NCBI GenBank assembly: GCA_964619365.1
Contig: CAZUDQ010000009.1
Location: 35,904 to 50,001 of the forward strand
Length of the DNA stretch: 14,098 nt
Reading direction: 5' to 3'
Source: an uncultured archaeon
GTDB taxonomy: Archaea; Altiarchaeota; Altiarchaeia; JAFGQM01
A program made the translations under genes and the position numbers. The number at the start of each line of letters is the position of its first letter. Within the stretch, counting starts at the first letter, position 1. Positions 1 to 7,952 of this stretch are shown here, piece after piece. The notes beneath the pieces were generated by a model. The model was not told the origin of the DNA, made no database searches, and worked only from the letters and a program-made list of their open reading frames with translations.

Positions 1-204
1 ACCGTCCAAGATCCTCAGAAAGGAGCAGTTCAAAAAGGTCTTCTTCAAGTGACCGTCCAAGATCCTCAGCAAGGAGCAGTTCAAAAAGGTCTTCTTCAAG
101 TGACCGTCCAAGATCCTCAGCAAGGAGCAGTTCAAAAAGGTCTTCTTCAAGTGACCGTCCAAGATCCTCAGAAAGGAGCAGTTCAAAAAGGTCTTCTTCA
201 AGTG
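1..204 (+). repeat. 51-bp tandem repeat, at least 4 copies (may extend left of the window)
   Basis: Unit ACCGTCCAAGATCCTCAG[A/C]AAGGAGCAGTTCAAAAAGGTCTTCTTCAAGTG at 1-51, 52-102, 103-153 and 154-204. One variable base (A,C,C,A). A degenerate fifth unit begins at 205. Confidence 0.98.
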
Positions 205-290
205 ACCGCCCCAAATCAACGTCTGGGAAAGATTCAAAGCGTTCTGCGCCCAAGAAGAGTTCAGATAAGAACAAGACTGGGCGGCTCTAA
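3..290 (+). CDS. 3' end (partial, 5' end outside window) of a protein with a Ser/Arg/Lys-rich repetitive C-terminal tail; parent protein unknown (such tails occur on RNA-binding proteins such as DEAD-box helicases)
   Basis: Frame +3 is open from base 3 to TAA at 288-290 and translates as (DRPRSS[E/A]RSSSKRSSSS)x4 followed by DRPKSTSGKDSKRSAPKKSSDKNKTGRL*. The post-repeat sequence keeps the motif (DRPK, SKRS) in this frame. Frame +2 has a TGA in every unit. Not in the ORF track because no start codon lies in the window. Confidence 0.7.
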   Translation, partial: RPRSSERSSSKRSSSSDRPRSSARSSSKRSSSSDRPRSSARSSSKRSSSSDRPRSSERSSSKRSSSSDRPKSTSGKDSKRSAPKKSSDKNKTGRL

Positions 291-1484
291 ATCCATTGGA
301 GTCCCAGGGCAGGGCCCTAGAGTGATGCTATCGACTTTTGGGTCAGAGCATGCTTCGCATGGATTATTAAATGTCTCTGCACAAGGATAAGCCACACATT
401 TTATTGAACTATTAAACCAACCGCAAGTTGGGTTATATTCTTTTGTGCACATAGTTGCTTGTTTTTGCTTTGGAGTACATGGTGTAAGGTCTCTCCATGG
501 GCAAAACACGTCACAATAGCCATCAGTGCAGCGAACGCTGTATGGGCAATCTGACCTAATTGCATAACTCATCGGAAGCATACAGTCGCTATCTACTGTG
601 CACGACTTTTCCTTGCCGCCATAAAGGTCTGTTAGCATATACATTTCGTCATTTAGCTCGACAGTATACGGGCTGCTTTTATTAAGTCCGGAAATAGTGT
701 AGCTTAGGTTGCTTTGGCATATGCAAAGTGTGCAAAGCCCTTCTCCAACACATAAACCGACTTCTTCATATTTTAGGGTTATAGAATTTCCATTAAAATC
801 TGCCTTGCCGTTTGCAACTTTGTCAGCACAATTCACTGTTGCTGTAGCATATATTATAAGGTCTCCGCTCTCGTCCCATTTGGCGCTTGTTAATCCGTCT
901 GAGCCATATAAAAGTCCGTCACAAGGCGTCACACTGAATTCTGTTGTTATGTCCGCGGGCTCTTGAGTCTTAGATGAACAATAAGCCGAATGTATAAAAC
1001 GTCCGACGCCATCGGGTATTTCTGAAAGTTGGGTGCTTGTGTTATCTATTGTTAGTTTCCAGTCGCTGTCCTTATTATACCCCATCAATCTGTATGCAAG
1101 GTCTGTTGCGCACATACAACGCAAGCATTCACCTTCATCCACACACGGGCCTTTTACATCATAAGAAAGGACTATCCCATCACCCTTTTGCACAGCGCTT
1201 CCTCCGACGACCTCATCAGCGCAGTTTATCGTGACAGTTACAAAAACCGGGAGTTTTCCGCCTGAGCCACAACCCATTCCCGTAAATTCTACTTGAGAGT
1301 CTATGTGCTCAGTCTCATTGCAGGGGCGCGAATTGAAATCTATCTCTATTTCTTTTGGCGTCTCTGAAACATTAAGAGGCTTTGATTGTGACTGCTTTGG
1401 ACTTAAATCTACTAAGAGAAATAGTGAAGCAAGACATGCCACTAGTATTAATGAGATTATAATATACAGTGAATATTTTTCCAT
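261..1484 (-). CDS. Membrane-anchored/secreted cysteine-rich protein with two duplicated ~100-aa domains and a C-terminal Kazal-like domain
   Basis: 407 aa. N-terminal hydrophobic segment (YIIISLILVACLASLFLLV). 29 Cys. Internal duplication NCAD...CV.EG.C..C.C at aa 87-125 and 218-256. The C-terminal CTKEYNPTCG...TFNNPCEAC...LGPC resembles the Kazal pattern. Several N-x-S/T sequons. Confidence 0.85.
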   Translation of the reverse strand: MEKYSLYIIISLILVACLASLFLLVDLSPKQSQSKPLNVSETPKEIEIDFNSRPCNETEHIDSQVEFTGMGCGSGGKLPVFVTVTINCADEVVGGSAVQKGDGIVLSYDVKGPCVDEGECLRCMCATDLAYRLMGYNKDSDWKLTIDNTSTQLSEIPDGVGRFIHSAYCSSKTQEPADITTEFSVTPCDGLLYGSDGLTSAKWDESGDLIIYATATVNCADKVANGKADFNGNSITLKYEEVGLCVGEGLCTLCICQSNLSYTISGLNKSSPYTVELNDEMYMLTDLYGGKEKSCTVDSDCMLPMSYAIRSDCPYSVRCTDGYCDVFCPWRDLTPCTPKQKQATMCTKEYNPTCGWFNSSIKCVAYPCAETFNNPCEACSDPKVDSITLGPCPGTPMDLEPPSLVLI

Positions 1485-1503
1485 GCTAAAATTAAGTGAT
1501 GTG

Positions 1504-1515
1504 AAATAAAAGCTT
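1504..1515 (-). promoter_or_regulatory. Putative archaeal BRE/TATA promoter for the Cys-rich protein gene (probably leaderless mRNA)
   Basis: The minus strand reads AAGCTTTTATTT, with the TTTTATTT core 20-27 nt upstream of the ATG at 1484. The region is AT-rich, so a chance match is possible. Confidence 0.35.
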
Positions 1516-1623
1516 ACAAATTATAGGTGGAATATGGTAATCTTAGTCATTTTCTTATAAATAATCGGAATTATACTTAATTTTCCGTTATATTGTAGGT
1601 TAAAACACATCTTTTGCCTTCTT

Positions 1624-1631
1624 TTTATACA
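1624..1631 (+). promoter_or_regulatory. Putative TATA box for the trp operon
   Basis: TTTATACA about 30 nt upstream of ATG 1658 and about 40 nt upstream of ATG 1670. An alternative TTATAAAT lies near 1555-1562. Confidence 0.35.
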
Positions 1632-1669
1632 ATGGCTCTCAAAAATAGCAAAACTCTATGGGGAATACT

Positions 1670-3079
1670 ATGGAACAAACAAAATACTTGCTTGACGAAA
1701 ACCAAATGCCAAAAAAATGGTATAACATTATGCCGGATTTGCCGACGCCTCTTGCACCGCCCCTCAATCCAATGACGGGTGAGCCGCTTGGGCCAAAGGA
1801 CCTTGAGCCACTTTTTGCAAAAGAGCTAATCCGCCAGGAGATGAGTATGGATCACTATATCACAATACCTGATGAAGTGCGTGACATTTACACTACATGG
1901 AGGCCGTCTCCCCTTTACCGCGCACGCAAGCTTGAAAAGTTCCTTGGGACGCCTGCAAAGATATTCTATAAGTATGAAGGTGTGTCCCCGGCAGGAAGCC
2001 ACAAGCCAAATAGCGCAATACCTCAGGCTTATTATAACATGAAGGAAGGCACCGAGAGACTCACGACTGAGACGGGAGCCGGCCAGTGGGGAAGCTCCCT
2101 TGCCTATGCAGGGAAGATGTTTGACCTTGAAATAATGGTTTATATGGTTCGTTGCAGTTTTGACCAGAAGCCTTATCGGAAACTCATGATGAAAACATGG
2201 GGTGCCGAGTGCGTCTCGTCCCCCTCAAGCCTGACTGAGACAGGAAAACGCATCTTAAGGGAGTCCCCAGACACCCCTGGAACCTTGGGTATCGCGATTA
2301 GTGAGGCTGTCGAGGATGCTGTCGGACGCGAGGACTCACATTACACCTTAGGATCTGTCCTAAACCACGTCCTTACCCATCAGTCGATAATAGGCCTTGA
2401 GGCAAAAGAGCAGCTTAAGATGGCGGGGGTAGATAACCCCGATATTGTCATCGGCTGCTGCGGAGGCGGCTCGAACTTTGCCGGGATTGCCTTCCCTTTC
2501 ATGAAGGATAAACTAGATGGTAAGTCTGAAACGAAGTTCATTGGAGTAGAACCAGCCTCATGCCCCACAATGACAAGGGGAAGTTATGCTTATGACTTTG
2601 GCGACACGGCACAAATGGCCCCTATTGTTATGATGTACACCCTTGGCCATGGGTTCGTTCCACCGGGGATCCATGCCGGAGGCCTCAGATACCACGGAAT
2701 GGCACCCCTTGTCTCAAATCTGATAGCTTCAGGGCACATAGAACCACGCTCAGAACACCAGCTGGTTTGTTTTAAGGCAGCAGTTGACTTTGCAAGAACT
2801 GAAGGATTCATCGTAGCTCCTGAAACAAGCCACGCGATAAAGGTGACAATTGACGAAGCACTTAAGGCAAAGGCAGAAGGAGTAGAAAAGACTATAATCT
2901 TTAACTGCTCAGGCCACGGTAACCTAGACCTTTCGGCTTACGATGCTTACTTCTCTGGGAAACTTAACGATTTTGCATTCCCTGAAGAAAAGCTTACTGA
3001 ATCCTTAAAAAGTCTTCCAAAGACAAAAAAGGAAGAACCTAAAGAAGCAGGTTGCGATGCCTGCGGGGGGTGCGTTTAA
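1670..3079 (+). CDS. trpB2: Tryptophan synthase beta chain, type 2 (TrpB2 / TrpB-like PLP enzyme)
   Basis: TrpB2-type motifs [31 protein letters not shown] (PLP lysine), [30 protein letters not shown] and SGHG. The ORF track starts at 1658; ATG 1670 (MEQTK) follows a GGGGA SD-like motif and is the more likely start. Confidence 0.95.
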   Translation: MEQTKYLLDENQMPKKWYNIMPDLPTPLAPPLNPMTGEPLGPKDLEPLFAKELIRQEMSMDHYITIPDEVRDIYTTWRPSPLYRARKLEKFLGTPAKIFYKYEGVSPAGSHKPNSAIPQAYYNMKEGTERLTTETGAGQWGSSLAYAGKMFDLEIMVYMVRCSFDQKPYRKLMMKTWGAECVSSPSSLTETGKRILRESPDTPGTLGIAISEAVEDAVGREDSHYTLGSVLNHVLTHQSIIGLEAKEQLKMAGVDNPDIVIGCCGGGSNFAGIAFPFMKDKLDGKSETKFIGVEPASCPTMTRGSYAYDFGDTAQMAPIVMMYTLGHGFVPPGIHAGGLRYHGMAPLVSNLIASGHIEPRSEHQLVCFKAAVDFARTEGFIVAPETSHAIKVTIDEALKAKAEGVEKTIIFNCSGHGNLDLSAYDAYFSGKLNDFAFPEEKLTESLKSLPKTKKEEPKEAGCDACGGCV

Positions 3080-3085
3080 AATGGG

Positions 3086-4456
3086 ATGGAATTTATCCAA
3101 AAGAGTATAGAAGTCGAGTATCTAAACCCTATAAAAGCATATCTTGCGGTTAGGGAAAAGGACACTTATATCCTCCAGTCTATAGGAGGGGAGGGGAAAA
3201 AGGCGCGTTTTACCATAATAGGTTTCTCCCCGCTTCTTCGCGCAGATATCACTGACGGGAAAGTAAAACTCTCTGGAAAGCTTGCAAAGGACATCCCAGA
3301 AATAAAAGAGAATGATACCTTCCTTGCTCTTGAAAGATTATCGGGCGAGCTTTCATGCAAAAAACCGATTACAGGACAGTTTGCAGGAGGGCTTGTCGGA
3401 AGCCTTGCTTATGATGTCGTTTCCGAGAAAGTAAAACTGGAGAAGGGTAAAAGAAGTACTGGTGTCCCTCACGCCTCATTTGTTCTTTGTCGCTTTAACC
3501 TTATCTTTGATCATGTCGAGCACAAATCAATTCTGCTTGAAACAAAGGAAGACTGCGACCTTTCCGAACTAGATAGCGCTCGTCTCGCCTTGCAAAAGGA
3601 AACTCTCCCTCCAAAAAAATGCATCGTCGGGGAGTTTAAGGACGTCGGGGGCAAAGAAGACTTTGAAGAGTCTGTAAGGAAGGCAAAACATTACATAAGG
3701 GAAGGCGACATCTTCCAGGCCGTCGTCTCAAGAAGGGTCGTTGCAAAATACTCGGGAGACCCGTTCTATTCATACCTTAAACTGCTTTCGATTAATCCCT
3801 CCCCCTATATGTATTATCTTGATTTAGGGACTCGCCAGATTGTGGGAAGCTCCCCTGAGACCCTGGTGCGCGTCGAAGGAAAGACTGTTTACACTTACCC
3901 AATTGCAGGTACCAGAAAACGCGGTGAGAATGCGATTGATGACTCTGAAATCGAACGTGAGCTTTCCTTAGACAAAAAGGAGCAATCAGAACACATCATG
4001 CTTGTTGACCTTGGTAGAAACGACATTGGACGTGTGAGTGAGTATGGTTCTGTTGAAGTGACAAAATTCATGGAGCCAGAGTACTTTAGCCACGTAATAC
4101 ACTTGTCAAGTGAGGTTAAAGGAACATTAAAAAAGGACTGTGATGCAATCGGCGCCCTTAAAGCGACATTTCCCGCAGGGACTGTGTCAGGCGCCCCTAA
4201 GGTTCGCGCAATGGAAATAATATCAGAGCTTGAGCCAGAGGCACGAGGTGAGTATGCTGGCTGTGTTGGTTACATTGGCCTTAATGGCAACCTTGACATG
4301 GCAATAACAATTAGGACTCTGGTATTTTCTAAGGGCAAAATATTTGCTCAAGCGGGAGCAGGGATTGTTGCCGACAGTGTCCCCGCGCTTGAATTCAAGG
4401 AGACAGAAAACAAATCGCGCGTACTTCTTAATGCGCTTAAGGAGGACAAATCATGA
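3086..4456 (+). CDS. trpE: Anthranilate synthase component I
   Basis: Motifs GDIFQAVVSRR, NPSPYMYY, GSSPE, PIAGTRKRG, EHIMLVDLGRND, FPAGTVSGAPKVRAM and QAGAGIVADS; trp operon context. Confidence 0.96.
   Translation: MEFIQKSIEVEYLNPIKAYLAVREKDTYILQSIGGEGKKARFTIIGFSPLLRADITDGKVKLSGKLAKDIPEIKENDTFLALERLSGELSCKKPITGQFAGGLVGSLAYDVVSEKVKLEKGKRSTGVPHASFVLCRFNLIFDHVEHKSILLETKEDCDLSELDSARLALQKETLPPKKCIVGEFKDVGGKEDFEESVRKAKHYIREGDIFQAVVSRRVVAKYSGDPFYSYLKLLSINPSPYMYYLDLGTRQIVGSSPETLVRVEGKTVYTYPIAGTRKRGENAIDDSEIERELSLDKKEQSEHIMLVDLGRNDIGRVSEYGSVEVTKFMEPEYFSHVIHLSSEVKGTLKKDCDAIGALKATFPAGTVSGAPKVRAMEIISELEPEARGEYAGCVGYIGLNGNLDMAITIRTLVFSKGKIFAQAGAGIVADSVPALEFKETENKSRVLLNALKEDKS
4439..4445 (+). promoter_or_regulatory. 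Shine-Dalgarno site for trpG
   Basis: AAGGAGG 7 nt upstream of ATG 4453, which overlaps the trpE stop (ATGA). Confidence 0.7.
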
Positions 4457-5034
4457 AGACTCTAGTTATTGATAATATCGATTCTTTTGTTTATAATCTT
4501 GTCCAGTACATTGGAGAGGCCGGCGGGAACCCTGTTGTTGTTGAAAAGACGATAAGTGATGAGGATCTTCTTAAGCTTGCAAAGGATTGCGACGCGATAG
4601 TGCTTTCCCCTGGACCCGGAAAACCGGCTGATGCCGGAGCGACCAATGCCGCAATACGGCTTTTTGCAGGTAAAAAACCGATTCTTGGGGTGTGCCTTGG
4701 ACACCAGGCGATATTTGAGCATTACGGCGGCGTTGTCACTTATGCTCCTGAACTGGTTCACGGACGGGCAAGTGAGATTAAGCATGATGATTCGGCGCTC
4801 TTTAAAGGTGTAAAAAACCCGTTTTTGGGCGGACGCTACCACTCCCTTAGCGCGGACGAAAAAACAATGCCAAGTGAGCTTATCATCTCGGCAAGGGGGG
4901 TTAGGGGAAATGAAATCATGGCAATAAGACATAAAGAGTTTCCTGTCTATGGCGTGCAGTTCCATCCGGAATCCATATTGACTGAGGACGGGATGAAGAT
5001 AATTAAAAATTTCTTAAAGGAGGCAAAGAAATGA
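4453..5034 (+). CDS. trpG: Anthranilate synthase component II (class I glutamine amidotransferase)
   Basis: IDNIDSFVYNL, SPGPG, GVCLGHQ (catalytic Cys), RYHSL and QFHPES (His/Glu of the triad). Confidence 0.96.
   Translation: MKTLVIDNIDSFVYNLVQYIGEAGGNPVVVEKTISDEDLLKLAKDCDAIVLSPGPGKPADAGATNAAIRLFAGKKPILGVCLGHQAIFEHYGGVVTYAPELVHGRASEIKHDDSALFKGVKNPFLGGRYHSLSADEKTMPSELIISARGVRGNEIMAIRHKEFPVYGVQFHPESILTEDGMKIIKNFLKEAKK
5017..5023 (+). promoter_or_regulatory. Shine-Dalgarno site for trpD
   Basis: AAGGAGG 7 nt upstream of ATG 5031 (ATGA overlap with the trpG stop). Confidence 0.7.
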
Positions 5035-6038
5035 CGATACTTGAAAAACTCTTGAAAAAGGAGGATTTAGCGCCAAACGAGGCTGAGCTTCTTATGGGGC
5101 AACTCATACTTGGACAGATTGATGATTCTGAGGCTGGAGGTATCTTAATTGCCCTTGGCTCGAAGGGTGAGACTTCAGAGGAGATTGGGGCTTTTGCAAA
5201 AGTCATGCGCAGGTATGCGGTTTCTGTGACACCCAAAAAACGTCCGCTTCTTGATATCGTAGGGACGGGGGGGGATTCTTCGGGGACATTTAACATTTCA
5301 ACGGCATCCATGTTTGTTGCAACGGGAGCCGGGGCTCATATCGCAAAGCACGGCAATCGCGCCATAAGCTCAAAATGCGGGAGTGCTGATGTGCTTGAAG
5401 CACTTGGCGCAAGGCTTGACTTGAGTCCGGAGGCGATTGCAGACTGCATTGATACAACTGGTTGTGGGTTTATGTTTGCGCCAATGCATCATCCTGCGAC
5501 AAAAAATGTGATGCATGTAAGAAAATCACTTAGCGTGCGCACAGTCTTTAATATACTGGGTCCCCTGACAAATCCTGCCGACCCCGAGGGAATACTTCTC
5601 GGAGTCTATTCTAAGGAACTCCTTGTCCCAATGGCAGAGGCCTTAAAGATACTTGGCATTACGCGGGGCGTTGTTGTTCATGGCGCAGGCGGCCTTGATG
5701 AGATTTCAACTCTTGGCATAACTGAGATTTGTTTAATAGAAGGGGGAAATATCTTAAAGGACGTCATAGACCCTTCGCTCTTTGGATTTGGGCAGGCAAA
5801 GATTGAAGACTTGGCTGGTGGAGACGCCAAAAGGAATGCTGATATTATAAGAGATATTCTGTCTGGAGAAGATACCGGGCCAAAAAGGGATATTGTCGCG
5901 CTAAACGCGGGGGTAGCACTATTTGCAAGCGGGCTATGTGAGAATTTTAAGGGAGGAATCGCCCTGGCACAAAAGTCAATAGATTCGGATGCTGCGCAAA
6001 AAGCACTTAATGATTATATAACATTTACCCAAAGATGA
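5031..6038 (+). CDS. trpD: Anthranilate phosphoribosyltransferase
   Basis: DIVGTGGD, TFNIST, AKHGNRAISSKCGSADVLEALG, RTVFNILGPLTNPA and GLDE. Confidence 0.97.
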   Translation: MTILEKLLKKEDLAPNEAELLMGQLILGQIDDSEAGGILIALGSKGETSEEIGAFAKVMRRYAVSVTPKKRPLLDIVGTGGDSSGTFNISTASMFVATGAGAHIAKHGNRAISSKCGSADVLEALGARLDLSPEAIADCIDTTGCGFMFAPMHHPATKNVMHVRKSLSVRTVFNILGPLTNPADPEGILLGVYSKELLVPMAEALKILGITRGVVVHGAGGLDEISTLGITEICLIEGGNILKDVIDPSLFGFGQAKIEDLAGGDAKRNADIIRDILSGEDTGPKRDIVALNAGVALFASGLCENFKGGIALAQKSIDSDAAQKALNDYITFTQR

Positions 6039-6787
6039 AAGAAAATGTGCTTGGTGAAATAAGAAGGACTAAGGAAGAAAGTTTCTTAAAGGAAAAACGT
6101 AGCCTCACTCTAGCGATAAACTCTGCAAACGCGCGGGGAGAGATTGCAATAATTGCTGAACTAAAGCGCGCAAGCCCGTCTTCTGGACTAATTGATTCTA
6201 TGGAAAACGTGGGCGCAGGCGCCAAGACTCGCACGTACGAGTCTTGCGGGGCGTCTGCAATATCAGTCCTTACTGAACCATCTCATTTTAATGGAAGTCT
6301 CAATGATTTACTTGAAGCCTCAAAGGCTGTTAAAATCCCTGTTATGCGAAAAGATTTTTTGATTGAAAGGTGGGAACTAATCGAGGCAAAATGCTTTGGG
6401 GCCGACGCTGTTTTACTGATTGCCGACCTTCTTGGTGAAAATACCCGCGAGATGCTTTACTTCGCGCGTTCCTTAGGCCTTGAGGTGCTAGTTGAAGCCC
6501 ATAGTAAAAAGGCGCTTAGTTATGCAATTGAATCGGGCGCAGAAATAATCGGGATTAATTCACGTAATTTAAAAACTCTTAAAGTCGATCTTGCGACATT
6601 TGAGGAGCTAGCTCCCCTTGTTCCAAAAGAGTGCCTTCTTGTCGCAGAAAGCGGGATTACTGATGCAAAGGATTTAGCGCGCGTTGCCAAAGCAGGAGCA
6701 AATGCTGCCCTAATAGGGACTGCAATATCAAAATCAAAAGATTCCTGCGGGTTTCTAAAAACACTTCGGGAAGTAAAATATGAATAA
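6035..6787 (+). CDS. trpC: Indole-3-glycerol-phosphate synthase (no fused TrpF)
   Basis: [53 protein letters not shown] and LIGT; 250 aa, single barrel. Confidence 0.96.
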   Translation: MKENVLGEIRRTKEESFLKEKRSLTLAINSANARGEIAIIAELKRASPSSGLIDSMENVGAGAKTRTYESCGASAISVLTEPSHFNGSLNDLLEASKAVKIPVMRKDFLIERWELIEAKCFGADAVLLIADLLGENTREMLYFARSLGLEVLVEAHSKKALSYAIESGAEIIGINSRNLKTLKVDLATFEELAPLVPKECLLVAESGITDAKDLARVAKAGANAALIGTAISKSKDSCGFLKTLREVKYE

Positions 6788-7952
6788 AGTACCTGACGCA
6801 AAAGGTCATTTTGGAGAATATGGCGGGCGATATGTCGGCGAGACGCTAATGGCAGCAATAATCGAGCTTGAAGAAGCTTATTTAAAGTATGGGAATTCTG
6901 ATGAATTCAAAAAGGATTTTAACGCACTTTTAAAGGATTATGTCGGACGTCCAACACCCCTTTATTTCGCAAAAAGGCTTACTGAGAAGCTTGGTGGAGC
7001 AAAGATATATCTTAAGCGAGAGGATTTATGCCACACAGGAGCGCACAAGGTAAATAATACCATCGGTCAGGCGCTTCTTGCCCGGCACATGGGCAAAAAG
7101 AAGGTAATTGCAGAAACCGGAGCCGGCCAGCACGGTGTTGCAACGGCAACGGCTGCCGCCCTTCTCGGAATGGAATGCAAAGTCTTTATGGGAGTTGAAG
7201 ACATAATACGCCAGGCGCCAAACGTACAAAGGATGAAGCTTCTGGGTGCAGAGGTTATACCTGTTGAGTCTGGAACCGGAACATTAAAGGACGCTATGAA
7301 CGAAGCCATGCGCTACTGGTCTGGGACTTGTGAGGATACGTTTTATGTTATTGGAACAGTTGCCGGACCTCACCCATATCCGCTGATGGTGCGTGAGTTT
7401 CAAAGAGTAATAGGGGACGAAGTCCGCGTCCAGTCTCTTGAGCAGCTGGGTAGGCTTCCTGACGCTATGATAGCGTGCATTGGTGGAGGTAGCAATGCTA
7501 TCGGGCTTTTCTATCCCTTTATTGATTATGATGTCGAACTCATCGGTGTTGAGGCCGCAGGACGCGGGGTTGATACTGACGAGCACGCGGCAAGTATCAG
7601 AGGGGGCCAAGTAGGCGTACTTCACGGCTCAAAGTCTTATGTTCTTCAAGATAAAAACGGGCAGATAAAAGAGGCTTACTCAGTCTCGGCAGGACTTGAT
7701 TATCCTGGTGTGGGACCGGAGCACGCATTCCTTGCAGATGTGGGCCGGGTGCGCTACGAATCGGCAACTGATAATGAAGCTCTTGATGCTTTTAAAGTCC
7801 TTTGTGAGACTGAAGGAATAATCCCCGCCCTTGAAAGCGCACATGCTATTGCCCAGGCTATAGTCGAGGCGCCAAAGATGGGTAAAGATAAGATTATTGT
7901 TGTCAATCTCTCAGGCAGAGGGGATAAAGATTTAGGACACTTTGAAAAATGA
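6780..7952 (+). CDS. trpB: Tryptophan synthase beta chain, type 1
   Basis: [27 protein letters not shown] (PLP lysine), [40 protein letters not shown] and NLSGRGDKD. Confidence 0.98.
   Translation: MNKVPDAKGHFGEYGGRYVGETLMAAIIELEEAYLKYGNSDEFKKDFNALLKDYVGRPTPLYFAKRLTEKLGGAKIYLKREDLCHTGAHKVNNTIGQALLARHMGKKKVIAETGAGQHGVATATAAALLGMECKVFMGVEDIIRQAPNVQRMKLLGAEVIPVESGTGTLKDAMNEAMRYWSGTCEDTFYVIGTVAGPHPYPLMVREFQRVIGDEVRVQSLEQLGRLPDAMIACIGGGSNAIGLFYPFIDYDVELIGVEAAGRGVDTDEHAASIRGGQVGVLHGSKSYVLQDKNGQIKEAYSVSAGLDYPGVGPEHAFLADVGRVRYESATDNEALDAFKVLCETEGIIPALESAHAIAQAIVEAPKMGKDKIIVVNLSGRGDKDLGHFEK

Noticed and set aside
1-204. 51-bp repeat as a CRISPR array
   Set aside because: Units are directly adjacent with no unique spacers, and the length is a multiple of 3 within an open frame.
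49-390. ORF-track 113-aa protein (TVQDPQQGAVQKGLLQV repeats)
   Set aside because: Probably a shadow frame. Its GTG start is inside the repeat and it would overlap the convergent gene by 130 nt. Frame +3 preserves the repeat motif beyond the perfect units. Its AVQKG match to the Cys-rich protein looks coincidental.
709-1509. Plus-strand ORFs 709-966, 1037-1234 and 1303-1509 (likewise 10551-10823, 11724-12032 and 12326-12508)
   Set aside because: Antisense shadows of the long minus-strand genes.
1534-1560. Mini-ORF MVILVIFL as a trp leader peptide
   Set aside because: It has no Trp codons and no terminator/antiterminator structure follows it.
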